The notes beneath the pieces were generated by a model that searched no databases, was not told the origin of the DNA, and saw nothing but the letters and a program-made list of their open reading frames with translations. The position numbers and the translations under genes are program-made. A stretch of DNA of 64,000 nucleotides. It comes from the human T2T-CHM13v2.0 reference genome, Homo sapiens. The stretch is taken from positions 12,480,001 to 12,544,000 of the forward strand of contig CP068257.2 of the NCBI GenBank assembly GCA_009914755.4, given 5' to 3'. Shown here piece after piece: positions 13,025 through 26,230 of this stretch. Each line of letters begins with the position of its first letter. The stretch's first letter is position 1.

Positions 13025-14776
13025 GGTACTCTCCTATCTCTAGGTTTTTGATACATGCTTTCTGTTCCCTGACTGTATTGCCTTGCTTTCAAATACTTCC
13101 TTGATTCTTCTCTGGGCTCCAACAGTACATTAAGTGATCTTCTTTTATAAAACATTTTACTAGAAGCTACAATTATGCATGAGTCTCCAGTATTCTGTGA
13201 CTTTCTTGAGAACAAAATACTGTCTGTGTCAGTTTGGATCCCCATTATTTTGAGAAATGCCTGAATAAGTTTGATGCTGAATAATTTGAATAAGCAATTG
13301 AATCAATTTAATAGCCAAAAATCCTGTTTTTGATAAGAATAAATAATAGATCATGTGTGAATGTGTATGTATATACATACATAAATACAATTGTAAGCAA
13401 TTTAAAGTAATGAACAATTATGGAATAATATTAGTTATTATTTTAGAACATTCAGTGTTCAAAATTAGGTGAAAAGGGCCGAAAAGTTTCTCTCAATAAA
13501 AGATGGGTCTTGACGAAAGTCAAGAATTTGGATTGGAATTTTTGTTTAATTTCTTTTATCTTCTTTGGGTGACGGAAGGTTAGTTTAAAAAGGGAAAGGA
13601 AAACGGATAATTGTTACTCTTTCACTACCAGTTCTATACGACTGTTAAATCATCTGCAATGTCTTTATTAACTTTAAGAAAATTACATTTATACAATCTA
13701 ATATTAAACATATGTTTATCCAAAATTTTAAACATTTTGCTGGACTTGTAACCCAGGGTACTATCTCAGGATAATCATGGCATCCCTTGATGGAATGGTT
13801 TTTATGTTACTTCAGTACACAGGTATTTTATATTTTCGTTATGGTGAACTTATCATTATTTTCTTTGTGGATTCCAATGTTTGAAAGGTTTACCTACTAT
13901 TATGAGCTATGGCTACTTTTTATATTTTAATATCGTTTCAGATTTTACCTGTGCTAATAATACTGTAACATTAAATACTTTCACTGCCATTGTTTGTGAA
14001 TGTGCAAATAAATAAGTAGTCAGGGACTTTCTCCTGGCTCACAGAGTTTAGATGTCACTATGTACTCAGGTCCAAGGTCCATCGCACATTAATTTAGTTA
14101 ATTAGTTAATTTATGTACTGTAACTACCTATACTGTGACAGCAGTAAATGTTGGAAATAGCAACCATGCTTCCTGAAACCCTAATGTGTTCAATAACCAG
14201 TCAAAACTTAAGCCAAATTGCTCTGTCTATCCACAACAAAATACACTTTTATATTTCTTTTAATCACTAGATATGGTGTCTGTGAGCCTTTTGAAAATCG
14301 TTTCATCATTTAATGGCTAGTCAGAAGTCTAGCACAGCAGGTTGGAAACCACAACTATATGGTAGTGTGCCCGTTTATATCATTCTTTTATTTAAGAAAA
14401 AAATAATTTTCTAGTTTAAGAATTTATTAAACACAGAAATATATATTCAACAAGCTCAAGCCAAGAGCATTCTTTTATATAATTATATAACCTTAAAATA
14501 TGTACACACACTTGCACATACATATGTACATACATAAAAAGTTAAATAAAAGATTGAGAAAAAAACAAAACCCTCCCCTATTGTTTGGGAGCCTTGTAGG
14601 TGGGAATAGTTCTCTGAAACACTAAAATTGTGTCACTCTATTTAAAGAAGTCACATCACTGTGAACATGATATTAACTGAAAACTGGAGGGAATTAGAAG
14701 GCAATATGGTTAGGAAAAACACTCCAATGAGAGTCATAAGAGAGAGAAAGACACAAAGTCGTCTTTTACTCTTTAA

Positions 14777-15037
<261 letters not shown>

Positions 15038-15278
15038 TACGCTTAGAACTTTTAAAGTCACTAGTTGTTTAGAGTAAGGGTGCCTCTTTAACATATGTTA
15101 TCTTTCTCTGTAAAATAAAGGAATTAGAATATAACATATGAGATCCTTTTAATATTTAACATTTTAAGACTCTCTAGATTAAAAAATAAACTACACTATT
15201 TAAATTATCTGTTGGATGGGATACTGAGGAAAGCAAACATTGAATATATGAGAGAAGAAAATAGTAAATTTTACTTAC

Positions 15279-15390
15279 TCATAAAGCCTTGGCTCTTCAA
15301 TCATTCCAAGCTGATTTAATAATTTAAATGAAAACGAGCCATCCATCATAGTTTTATCTGGAACAATTATACTGAGAACAAAATAATAGG
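15279..15390 (-). CDS. LIPI: Lipase coding exon, presumed exon 8; encodes (T)YYFVLSIIVPDKTMMDGSFSFKLLNQLGMIEEPRLY(E)
   Basis: Acceptor tattttgtag|CCTATTATT and donor TTTATGA|gtaagtaa. Phase links exon 7 (A|CC = T) to exon 9 (GA|A = E). No ORF over 60 aa covers it, so the ORF track misses it. Confidence 0.85.
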
Positions 15391-18300
15391 CTACAAAATA
15401 AAAATATAGAATACAACTCACATTATTTTTTAATTTTTGGTTTTGGTACATATTCAGATATATATATATGTGTATGTATAGATAGATATGTAATCTAGGC
15501 TCATATTACATATGCAAATAATATTATTGAGAGGACTCATTTGGTAAATGGGTAATATATTTTACCTTTTGTTTGTCAATTTTTGACTACTCTTAAACAT
15601 GAGAGATGAAAAAGCCTGCCAGCCAGTAATGGGTATGGTGAAGTATTGAACAAATAGATCCTAAATACTGGCTTGTCTGAAAAACAAAAACTTTTCAGAA
15701 ATTAGGCCAATTAAGCAACTTTTACTTTTCAATAGCAGATCTAAGGTGAATATGGTAAGATTTCTTAATTATCTGATTAATAGTACCAGCTATTGCTTGC
15801 CAAACGTAAGTCCTAATTTCACTGGCTGTTCCAGAATGACTGTGAATATATATATAAGGTAAGGTCATAGCAGTTCTTATTCAAATTGCCTTTACTAAAC
15901 TTTGGTAGAGTATATCTTGCACAGGAAAGGATGCTGAACTCACTTCTATATATTGCCAGGCCTGTACAGGAAATTTTGACTACAGGAGTTATCCCAAGTT
16001 TTGTGCACCCCCCTTCTAGAACAGAACGGATTTATAATTGGATTTTCCCCATTTCTGACACAAGAGGTATAAGGAAACACTTCTCACTTTGAAGTTACCT
16101 CACAGCCTTAGGCAAAGTACTTTGATTCACCTTGCCCATATAAATGGGCATTCAGACTTGCTCAGATTATTTCTGACAGCACAGAATATTGAGATGTTAC
16201 AGATTAAGCCACCCTCCCACTATAAATACATGGAAATGCTAGGTGTACAATCCATGTTTCAATATGCAACCAAGCTCTGAAGAAGGAAGGGGAAGTGTCA
16301 GAAAGCAGAAACAAAGAGAAATTAAAGCCAAGGCCAGAAGAACTGAAGCCCTGGACCCCTCTGGGACTTCAGAGCCTGTTGTAGCATGAAGATGGAGGCT
16401 GAAGTGTCAACCTCCATGCAGGAACAGGAGAAATGATGCTAAAGGACAAAGCTGAAATGGAGGTCCCTGCACAGAGCCATAAACCTCATAATTGAAATTC
16501 CCTGACCCATCATTGAAAGAGGAACTAGGAAAATTCTTCCTATTTTTTCAGTCTGGGTCTTACGTGAAAACATAAATTGTTTCTTGAGATTAAATAAAAC
16601 TCCAGAAAACATGAAATTTAAGTTTACACTATTTATATGTTGAAAGACCCCCACAAATTTACATTAAAATGCTTCAGGATTGTGGTAATATGGTTCTGAA
16701 AAAAGAAAATCTGACTTGCTCTGAAGGGGAACTTTGAAGAAGAGCTGATTTCTGAGAGTTTTTTATATCAAAGATAGACATGAATCTCTATTTTGAAGTA
16801 GCACAAATAGGTTTTTTTTAATTAATTTTTAATCCAGACTTGACAAACCACTGAGACTGGAAAATAACAATATAAAAAAAATAAATCAATGAATACATTC
16901 AGTCTGATGAAATGATAGATTATCTTCACAGAAAAATTAGATAGAAGATAAATGAAAAAAAGTGTATCTGAAAACAAGAGAAGTCGTATTTTCAATGTGC
17001 TGAGCATATAAACTTTCAATATAGAATTCTGTCCTAAACTATCTTTTCATTTCTGACTGAGGGAAGGATAAGGACATTTTCAGGAAAGACAAAAAAAGAA
17101 AAAGACTGAGAAAGACTACTATTGAAAAGCTACTACTAGGATATACTTCAGCAAGAAAAACGTTAAAACCAGAAGGAAGGAGTTGAAGGAGGGAATAAGA
17201 CAAAATGTAGAAAACTGAAATTGGTAAATATAAGGAAGTATTTGATGATACTATTTATAATTAATATGTATTATTAAATGAGAAATGGAAGGAAAATACT
17301 ACAGGATATAATATTGAAGATAGAAAAGAAGAATAAAGATTCTAAGGCTCTCTGAGGCAACTTGTAGCTGTGACAGAGTCTGATAAAATAGTCTGTGAAG
17401 CAAGATCCATATTCATGTATAAATGCATAAAAAGCAAAAAAATAAGTTAGTCGCTGAGAAAATATGATGTCCCAAAAGTTTTATGCATCTAAAAATCACG
17501 GCCTTGGAATATCTAAAGCCAACACCTAAACAGAGGAACTGCCCGCTAAAATAAAAGTTTTAAATAGATCTCAGATTTTGACACAAGAGATACAATGTCC
17601 AAGATATGATCAAAAATTGCCCATAATACCAAGAACAAAGAAAATCACAACATTGTTAAGAAAATTACCTGATGCTAACCCTGAGATAAATTAGATGCTG
17701 AGATTATCTGACATTTATTTTAAAGGAGCCATCACAATAATGATTCAAAGTTAACATGTCTCTTGAAAAAATGAGAAAAAATTAAAACCTTAGCAAAGAA
17801 AAAAAGTTGTAAAAGAAAAAATGAAGTTACAGAAACAAAGGTGGCTCCATCGTGCAATGAATAGTGCATTGGACTTCCAAAATTACAGAAACAAAAAATA
17901 CAATTGCAGATACAAAACTCACATGATATACTCAATAGTGAGTAGAGATAATAAAAGAAGAAATCAGTGAACTTGAGGGCCAGTCAATCTTAATGACAGA
18001 GAGAAAAAGATGGAGAAAAATAAATGAACAAAGCCTCAGGGATCTGTGGGACTATAATAAAAGATGTAATATTTCTGCTATTAGAGTGTCCGAAAGAGAA
18101 GAGAGTGTGGGGCTGTGACATGATGCCTGGAAACTTTCTAAATTTGGTGAAAAAAATAAACACAGATTGAAAAAGCTAAGTGAACCTGAAATATAATAAA
18201 CCTCATGAAATTCTAACCAAGAGACATCATAATAAAGCTGCAAAAGTAAAAACAAAGAAATAAAAGTCTTGAAAGCAGCCAGAAAGAAATGATGCATTAC

Positions 18301-18830
18301 CTACAGGAGAACACCAGTTTGAATCATAATGGATTTCACATCTGAAAGTCATGGAGGTCAAAAGAAAATATAACATTTTTCAAGTGCTGAAAGAAAATAC
18401 TGCCAACCTCAAATCTTACATCCAACAAAACTGTCCTTTGAGAATGAAGGGGAAATAGAGACATTGTCAGACAAAGAAACAGTAAAAAACAAATCTCACT
18501 AGCAGAATTATCCTTAGAGATAGTCAGAAGTAATTTCTTCATACAGAAAGGAATTAATGAAATAATCATGAATCATTATGAAGAAAGAATGAACAATGAG
18601 AAGAGAATAAATATGGGTACATACAATAGGTTATCTTTTTCTCATTGATTTTGTAAATGTTAAGGATTGAAACAAAAATTTTTACACAATCTAATATTCA
18701 AAATCATGATAATTAAATGTGGGGAATGTAAAGGGGCCTACATGGAAGTGAGGTTTCCACATTTTACTTCAAATGGTTAAATGTTGGAATCATTAAACAG
18801 TGATGAATAATGTATGCATATTGTAATTGT

Positions 18831-19350
18831 TGTAGGCCTCCCCAAATATATCCTTGTCCTAATCCCTGGAACCTACAAGTATGTTATCTTATATAGCAAA
18901 GGATAATTAAGATTGCAAATAAAATTAGAGTTGCTAACCAGCTGTTCTTAAAATAGCGACATTTTATTGAATTATCTAGGTGGACCCAATGTAATCACAA
19001 GGGGCCTTAAAAGAGGAAGAGGAAGAGGAAGACAAAAGAGGAGAATCAGAAACAGAGATGTCGTGCAGAAAAAGGGTCAAAATGATATAATATGAAGACT
19101 CAGCCCACTAATGTGAATGAAAAGGCCACAAGCCAACAAATATGAACAATTTCTAGAGCTGGAAAAGTTAAGAAAGTATATTCTCCCCTGAGCCTCCAGA
19201 AAGGAATGCACCTGCTAACACCTTGACTTTAGCACAGTGACATCTGTATTAGACTTCTGGACTACCGAACTTTAAGATAGTATATTTGTGTTGTTTTAAG
19301 CCACCAAATTTGTGGTAATTTGTTAGTGTAGTTATAGAAAATCAATATAC
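18831..19350 (+). mobile_element. ERVL-MaLR LTR (MST/MLT-like) inserted into the old L1
   Basis: tgtaggcctccccaaatatatccttgtcctaatccctggaacc…ggtggacccaatgtaatcacaaggggccttaaaagagg…ctccagaaaggaatgcacctgctaacaccttgactttagc…taagatagtatatttgtgttgttttaagccaccaaatttgtggtaatttgtta. Confidence 0.45.
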
Positions 19351-22300
19351 ATTTTGATACAAATAATGTGATATAGCTATAAAAAACATATACAAGTGGA
19401 AAAGTGGCTTCTAAATTAGAAATAAGAAGAAGCTGGAAAAATTTTTAGGAACATAATAGGAAAGCCTAGATTTCCTTGAATAAATTGTTAGTTTATTCAA
19501 CTAACTAGAAATGTGCTAGTAAGGACACAGGAGGAAATAAGGAACATGGCAGAGAAAATACACATTACAAAAAGGCTGTTGGTGAGAAATATGGATGTCT
19601 AATGGAATGAATAAGGATGTTAATCTTGCCGTCATTGAGGACTCAAACGGAAATTAGAAATATATTATTGGAAACTGGTAGAAGAAGAATCCTCACTACA
19701 TCGTGGCAGGTAGCTTAGTGGAATTATGTACTGCAATTTATGTGGAAAGCAGAAATTGTAAATGAAGAAATTGGAAATTTAACCAAGGGGATTTATAAGA
19801 CAGGGGTTGAAAGTGTGGCCAGATTTCTCCTTGGTGCTCATCATGAATTGTGTGAGGAAAGACAGAAATTGAGATGAAACCGTTAAATTAAAAAGAATCC
19901 TGACTTGCTGATTTGGGAAATCCTCAGCCTAGCAAGTTTACTAAGATACCCATGTTAAGAAATTTATCAATGGGAAATGAAGCTCTAGAGAAAAAGCTGA
20001 GGGTGTAGCTGGCACAACCTTTTCCCTCAGAAAGATTTTAAAAATCAGAGCATTTAGTCACACAAAAGGGTCTTTGAAAATATTAAGCACATGACTCACA
20101 GATTCCTTTAGCCATCTTGGCAGAGGCCAATAATAGAGGCAGGATTGTCTAGAAAAAATATGGAGGAGTCTCTTTTTTAATAGAATGACTCTCTGTGACA
20201 TATACGGAGATCCACCAGGCTTTGGAGAACGTTATAGTGGTATAAATAGTGCCAACTTGGACTAAAAGCAACAGAGTATAAAATGAGAAAAAGTTTTGAG
20301 GCCTGGAAAACGTCTACAAACAAGAAACAAGATGAAAAAACTACTCAGATGCAAACATATGCTACCATTTCTACATTTAAAGAAGAAGGGGGTGAAAGAA
20401 AGAGAGAAGGACTCTAAGAGACCAACATGCGAAGCCATGAACCCAGGGAGCAGAGCCATGAACCACAGAGAATTATTCCCAGGCCTTTAAATCAGATGGA
20501 GTTTGCCTGGCTGAATTTAAAAATTGCATGGAGTGTTGACTCTATTTTTCTTCTACTTTTCTTCTCTTTGAACAAGAATGCTATAACTGGTATCGTATCC
20601 CTGTCTCATCACTGTATTTGAGGGGGAGGTAATTTGATTCCTGAGATTCACAGGTTCACAGATGAAGAAAAATTATGTCCAAGTACTTATATCCAGAGCT
20701 GTAGCCAAATCTGATTTAGATGAATTAGGCAACAAGATTTAGAACTTTGTATCTGTTGAGTTTAGAGGAGATTTTTTACTTTAAGTTGATGCTGTAATGA
20801 CTTGATGATGTCTGAGATCAACCAACAAAATATTACTTTATACCCAAAAAAGCAGAATACACATGTATTGCCAGTACACATGAAGCATGAGCCTAAAGAG
20901 ATCAATGCTTGACTACTAAAATACCTCAGGACGTTGTTAAAAAATTTATACAGAGTTTGATTTCTAGCCATAATAAAATTAATCTAAAGGTCAGTAACAG
21001 ACAACAGGAAAATTTCTAAACTGTGGAAATTCAACAGCGTGCTTATAAATAACCCATGGTCAAAGAAGAGTTCTCTAAAAAATACATAGAACAGAATAAA
21101 AAAGATACAACATATCAAAACACATGAGACACAAATCAGGCAGTACTGAGAGGAAATTTCACAGACTAAATGATTACATTAGAAATGAAGAAATATCTGA
21201 GGCCAATAATTTAAGTTTCTGCCTCAAGAAAATAGAAAAAGAACAAAATAAACCCAAATAGAGTAGAAGAAAAGATGTGTGTGTAGAAATATATATTTTA
21301 TATATATATTAAAATATATATATGTGTGTGTAGAAATATATATATAGAGAGAGAACAAAGCAGAAATTAATGAAATTTAATAACAGAACATGACAGAAAA
21401 TTAAACAAAAATCTGATTCTTGAATAAAAACCAATAAAATCGATAAACCATTTTGTCTAGCAAGACAGACAAAATAAAAAGAATCAAGACACAAATCACT
21501 GTTAGGAATAAAACAAAAGGCATTACTAAAGATAATGCAATCATTAAAAAGATAAATTTTAAAAAACCTACTGTTCATAATTCAACACCTTAAAAAAAAG
21601 GACCAATTCCCCAAAAACCACAAACTACAAAACCTCAACCAAGCTGAAATAGATAATCCAAATAGTCTTAAAATTATTAAATAAATTAAATTTGTAGTAA
21701 AAACTTCCTCCCAAAAAAGTCTCCAGACCCAAATGGTTTCACTGGAAAATTCTGCCAAACATTTAAAGAATTAACACAAATCTTGCACGATCTCTTTCAG
21801 AACAGACAACAGAGAAGGGAAAACTTGCCCACTTTTTTTATGACGTTGTATTATTATAGTAGTACGAATACACTATTACTGTTATGCCAAAACCAGACAA
21901 AGACAATAAGAAAGGAACACTACTAACAAATACCTCTTATGAACTTAGAAAAATTCTCAACAAAATATTAACGAATGAAATTCAACAATGTATTTTAAAA
22001 TACGCACTAAGCCCAAGTAGAATTTATTACTGGAATGCAAAGCTTGTTCAACATTCTAGAATCAATTAATATAGTTCAACATATCAACAAACTAAAGAAA
22101 AAAATTATATGATCATATCAATTATGCATAAAAAGCATATGGCAAAATCCAACACATATTTATGAGGTAAAATTCTTGGCAAGTTAGGAATAGAGGGGAA
22201 CTAACTCAATTTTATAGTGTATCTACAAAAAAAACTATAAGTCACATCACACTTTAATGGCAAAAGATTGGATTTTTTTTTTCTCTAAGGCAAAGGTATC

Positions 22301-23974
22301 TGTGCTTACCACTATTATTCAAAATAGCACTGGAAGTTCTAGCCATGGCAGCAAGTAGATTTAAAAAAATTAAATGCACACAGATTGTAATAGAAGAAAT
22401 AAAAGCATTCTTATTTGCAGAAAACATAATTGCTTACATAGAAAATTCCAATGAATCTATTGTTTTAACCTAGAAACAATAAATGAATTCAGCAAGTTCC
22501 CAGGAAACAAATTCAACACAAAAGATGCGATCTCATTACTATATACCAACATTGAATGTGGAGATACCAAAATTTAGAAATACATTTTACAATTACTCCC
22601 CAAAATGAATATGTGGTATATACACAACAAAAGATGCACAGGATCTGTATGTTGAAAATTGTAAAATGCTGACTGAAGAAATCAAAGAATCAAAGTATAT
22701 GGAAAGACATACCATATTCATGAATTAGAATATTCAGCATGGTAAAGACATCAGCTCTCCCCGAATTGAAAGATGTGGTTAATGTAATTTCTGTTGAAAC
22801 CTCAGACAAATTTTTGCAAATATAGACAACGTTATGCTAAAATTTATATTGAAATGTACATACACTAGAAGATCTAAAATAATCATGACAAAGAAGAATG
22901 AAGAGGAAATAATCAGTCTACTTGATATTAATGCTTACTATATAGCTACATTAATTAAATGCTATGTGGTACTAGAAAAAGAAATGAACACATACATAAA
23001 TGAAAAAATATACATATCAAAATACAGACCCAACACAAATAGGTACAAACATATGTCAATAAACATATCGATATATATTGATATCTATATTATATATCTC
23101 ATCTACAGAGATATATTTTAACCAATTGTTGATAAAGATGCAAAAGCACTTAATAAAAGAGAATCTATCAACAAATGATGCTGGAGCTATAAAAAAAACT
23201 AAATAGAAATGGATTTCAGATGTAAATGTAACACATAGAACTATTATTTTTAGAAAAAATTACAGGAGAAAACCCTCAGGACCTAGGGCTCAACACAGAG
23301 TTCTTAGACTTGACACCTAAAGCGTGATACATACCTAAAATAATGATCAATTACTCCTCATCAAAACTAATCACTTTTTCTCTGCCCATGCTTTTGTGAA
23401 ACAGATAAAAAGACAAGTTACAAACTGTATGAAAATATTTGTAGATCAAATATTGACAAGGACTAGTTTAGAAATTATATAAAGAATTATCAAAAGTCAA
23501 CAGCTTAAAAAAAAGCCCAATTGAAAAATATCCAAAAGACACGAATACACATTTCACCAAAGGTGATAAGTAGAAGAAATAGTCAATATAATCATCCATC
23601 AGGGCAATGAATACTAAAACCACTGAAGCATCACTGTATGCCTGTCAGAATGCGTAAGAATTTTTAAAATAATGACACCACCAAATTCTGAAAAAAATCA
23701 GAAAAATTAGATCACTTATATTTTAATTGGGATAATGTAAAGTGGTACAGTCACTCCAAAAAAATGTTAAATTTTTTCAAAGCTAAATGTGCAATTAGTT
23801 TCTGTCCCAGCAATAACACTCCTGGGAATTTATGACAGATAAATGAAGACATATTCACACAAAAACTTATACACTATATTCAAGCAGCTTTATTTGTCAT
23901 AGCCAAAACCTAAAAACATCCCAGATGCTCTTCAACAGGTGATTGGTTAAACAAATGGTGGCACATCCTGTATC

Positions 23975-24660
23975 TATGTAAATGTATATGTATATTCCAT
24001 AAATAGTATCTATATATCCCTATAGATATATATGTAATATATAGTTATATATAATATATAGTGATATAGGTAATATCTATTATATATGACATATAATATC
24101 TATGTTATATATGTATATTATATATACATGAGTATAATATCAATATATATTATATATAGATATTATATAGCTATTATATATAGAAATAGATCTAATATAT
24201 AGATATCTATAATATATAGATATACAGATATAGATATAATATACATATCTATTATATATTAATATATTATATCTATTATATATATAATATATATCTATAT
24301 AATATATTAATATATAATATACATATATAATATATTAATATATAATATATACATTATTATATATTAATATATAATATATACATTATTATATATTAATGTA
24401 TAATATATACATTATTATATATTAATATATAATATATACATTATTATATATTAATATATAATATATACATTATTATATATTAATGTATAATATATACATT
24501 ATTATATATTAATGTATAATATATACATTATTATATATTAATGTATAATATATACATTATTATATATAATTACATATAATATAACATATATTATATTAAT
24601 ATAATATAGATATATAACATATAGATATATGTATTTCTCTATTTATAGATATATAGATAT
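23975..24660. repeat. TA-rich complex minisatellite, including about 10 tandem copies of a 29-bp unit (cattattatatattaatgtataatatata) at about 24290-24575
   Basis: The period was measured directly: cattattata recurs at 24381, 24410 and 24439. The region is nearly pure A and T. Confidence 0.85.
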
Positions 24661-24661
24661 A

Positions 24662-24930
24662 TTATTTCACTCAGCATAATTCCCTGGAGGTTCATCCCTG
24701 TAGCATGTATCAATGATTCACTATACCTTTAGTTGCTGAGTAGTATCCCATAGGAACATATCTCTACCCCTATTGATAGATAGATAGATAGATCAATATG
24801 TATTGATATATATATCATATCTCTGGATATATTACTATGGAATACTACTCAGCCACTAAAAGTATAGTGAATCACTGATACATGCTACATGGATGAACCT
24901 CCAGGGAACTATGCTGAGTGAAAAAATAAG
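24662..24930. repeat. Large imperfect palindrome: arms of about 93 bp (24662-24753 inverted; 24835-24930 direct) at about 92 % identity, around an 81-bp spacer containing (GATA)5
   Basis: The reverse complement of 24662-24753 is ctatgggatactactcagcaactaaaggtatagtgaatcattgatacatgctacagggatgaacctccagggaattatgctgagtgaaataa. Positions 24835-24930 read ctatggaatactactcagccactaaaagtatagtgaatcactgatacatgctacatggatgaacctccagggaactatgctgagtgaaaaaataa. Both arms are the L1 ORF2 C-terminal segment MEYYSA…. Confidence 0.8.
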
Positions 24931-26125
24931 CCAATTAAAAAGGTCACATGCTGGATGATTCTCTTTATATAACAATCTTGAAATAACAAAGTTCTAGAAA
25001 TGTGTGAATGGATACCGGGGGGATAGGGTACGTAGTTTTAAAGGCACAACACAAAGATTCCTTGTGGTGATGAACTGTTCAGCAGCTTCATTGTGGTGGT
25101 AGATACAGAGCCCTATAAATATGACTATTTTGTATGGAGCCAAATACACATATAGCCACACACGCAGGCAAGTGTATAGGAAAATCTGATTAAGATGGGT
25201 GCATTGTATCAATGTCAATATCCTGCTACTACTCTATGGCACTGCAAAATGTTTATCATTTAAGGAAACTAAAGTATATACAGTATCTCTGTGTATGATT
25301 TCTTACTTCTACATGTAAATCTAAAATTAACTCAATAAAATTTTTAATTTGAAAAATGGACAGCCCCAATTCTGTTTGACAGGACACATCACTAATGTTT
25401 GAAGAATAATATATTGAAGTTGGCAGTGACTGTGACTGGAAGACATTAAAAATGACTGACCTAAAATATTTTATGAGAATCTATTTTAAGTACTTATCTC
25501 TCAGTAATCAAAATTAATGACAGTAATTCAAAACTTCCTCCATAAGATTCTTCACATAAAAAGGACTCATTTTATTTACAAACCACTTCCAGTTTTTCAT
25601 TTCCAAACAGAATAATTTTGCTTTCTTTAATACTTCCTTATAAATCTATTATTTATTATATTTCTATGAGATTCTCTCTTCTTCTACAAGTTTTCTCCTC
25701 TTACCTAACTCTAAATGTATTATGAGGATTACTACTTTCTTGTCCTTTTTTATATTTATATATTAATAATCTAGTTTTATTAATAATGGGTGTTCAGACT
25801 GTATATATATATATATCATAGGCTCCTTAATATGTTACATGCCAAAATAACTCTAGAGGTGAAAAGGGCAATATGCAAATTTAGGATGAAGGAATGCAAC
25901 CTTGATTGTTTCTTTGGGAAAATATTACCCAAGCGTCTCTCCATTTTATCTAAAAAAAGATCAAGTCCTTAGTTGAATTTGTCCCACTGGCTATAGCAAA
26001 TTTTAAATTTGCCTGAAAGAACATGATGGAATTTGAGTGGGTGCAAAGAACACTTTGAATCAAATGTAGATTAGTGCAAAAAAAACTAAAAATTTGTTTA
26101 TTTGTTAAAATTGTTAATAACTTAC

Positions 26126-26230
26126 TACAGAATGGATATGTACCACTTGTATCCAAAAACACAGTGGTCCTAAGAGGTCTTCCTTCCATCCTTTCTTTTA
26201 AAACACCTTTAAATAGCTTGGCTTGATAAC
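26126..26230 (-). CDS. LIPI: Lipase coding exon, presumed exon 7; encodes (G)YQAKLFKGVLKERMEGRPLRTTVFLDTSGTYPFC(T)
   Basis: Acceptor ctcaaatctcag|GTTATCAAG and donor CTGTA|gtaagtta. The ORF track entry 25950-26189 (-) holds the MEGRPLRTTVFLDTSGTYPFC part and then reads through into the intron. Confidence 0.85.

Larger units (their letters stand above)
17300..25340 (+). mobile_element. Old LINE-1 (L1M/L1PB-like) carrying later insertions; ORF1 about 17700-18830, ORF2 about 20750-23990, 3' end 24835-25340
   Basis: ORF1-like text (…EISELEDRSIE…SLRDLWDYNKRCNI…VSEREERVWGC…) and ORF2-like text (…[41 protein letters not shown]…, …IPKPDKDNKKGT…, …DAEKAFDKIQH…) are riddled with stops. The 3' UTR ends near 25340. 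The element is interrupted at 18831-19350 by a MaLR LTR and at about 23990-24835 by TA-rich satellite and an inverted duplication. The 5' limit is uncertain. Confidence 0.5.

Noticed and set aside
24290-24575. Regular 29-bp tandem array that looks superficially CRISPR-like
   Set aside because: It is a pure tandem repeat with no unique spacers, it sits in a eukaryotic AT-rich satellite, and there are no cas genes. It is a minisatellite.
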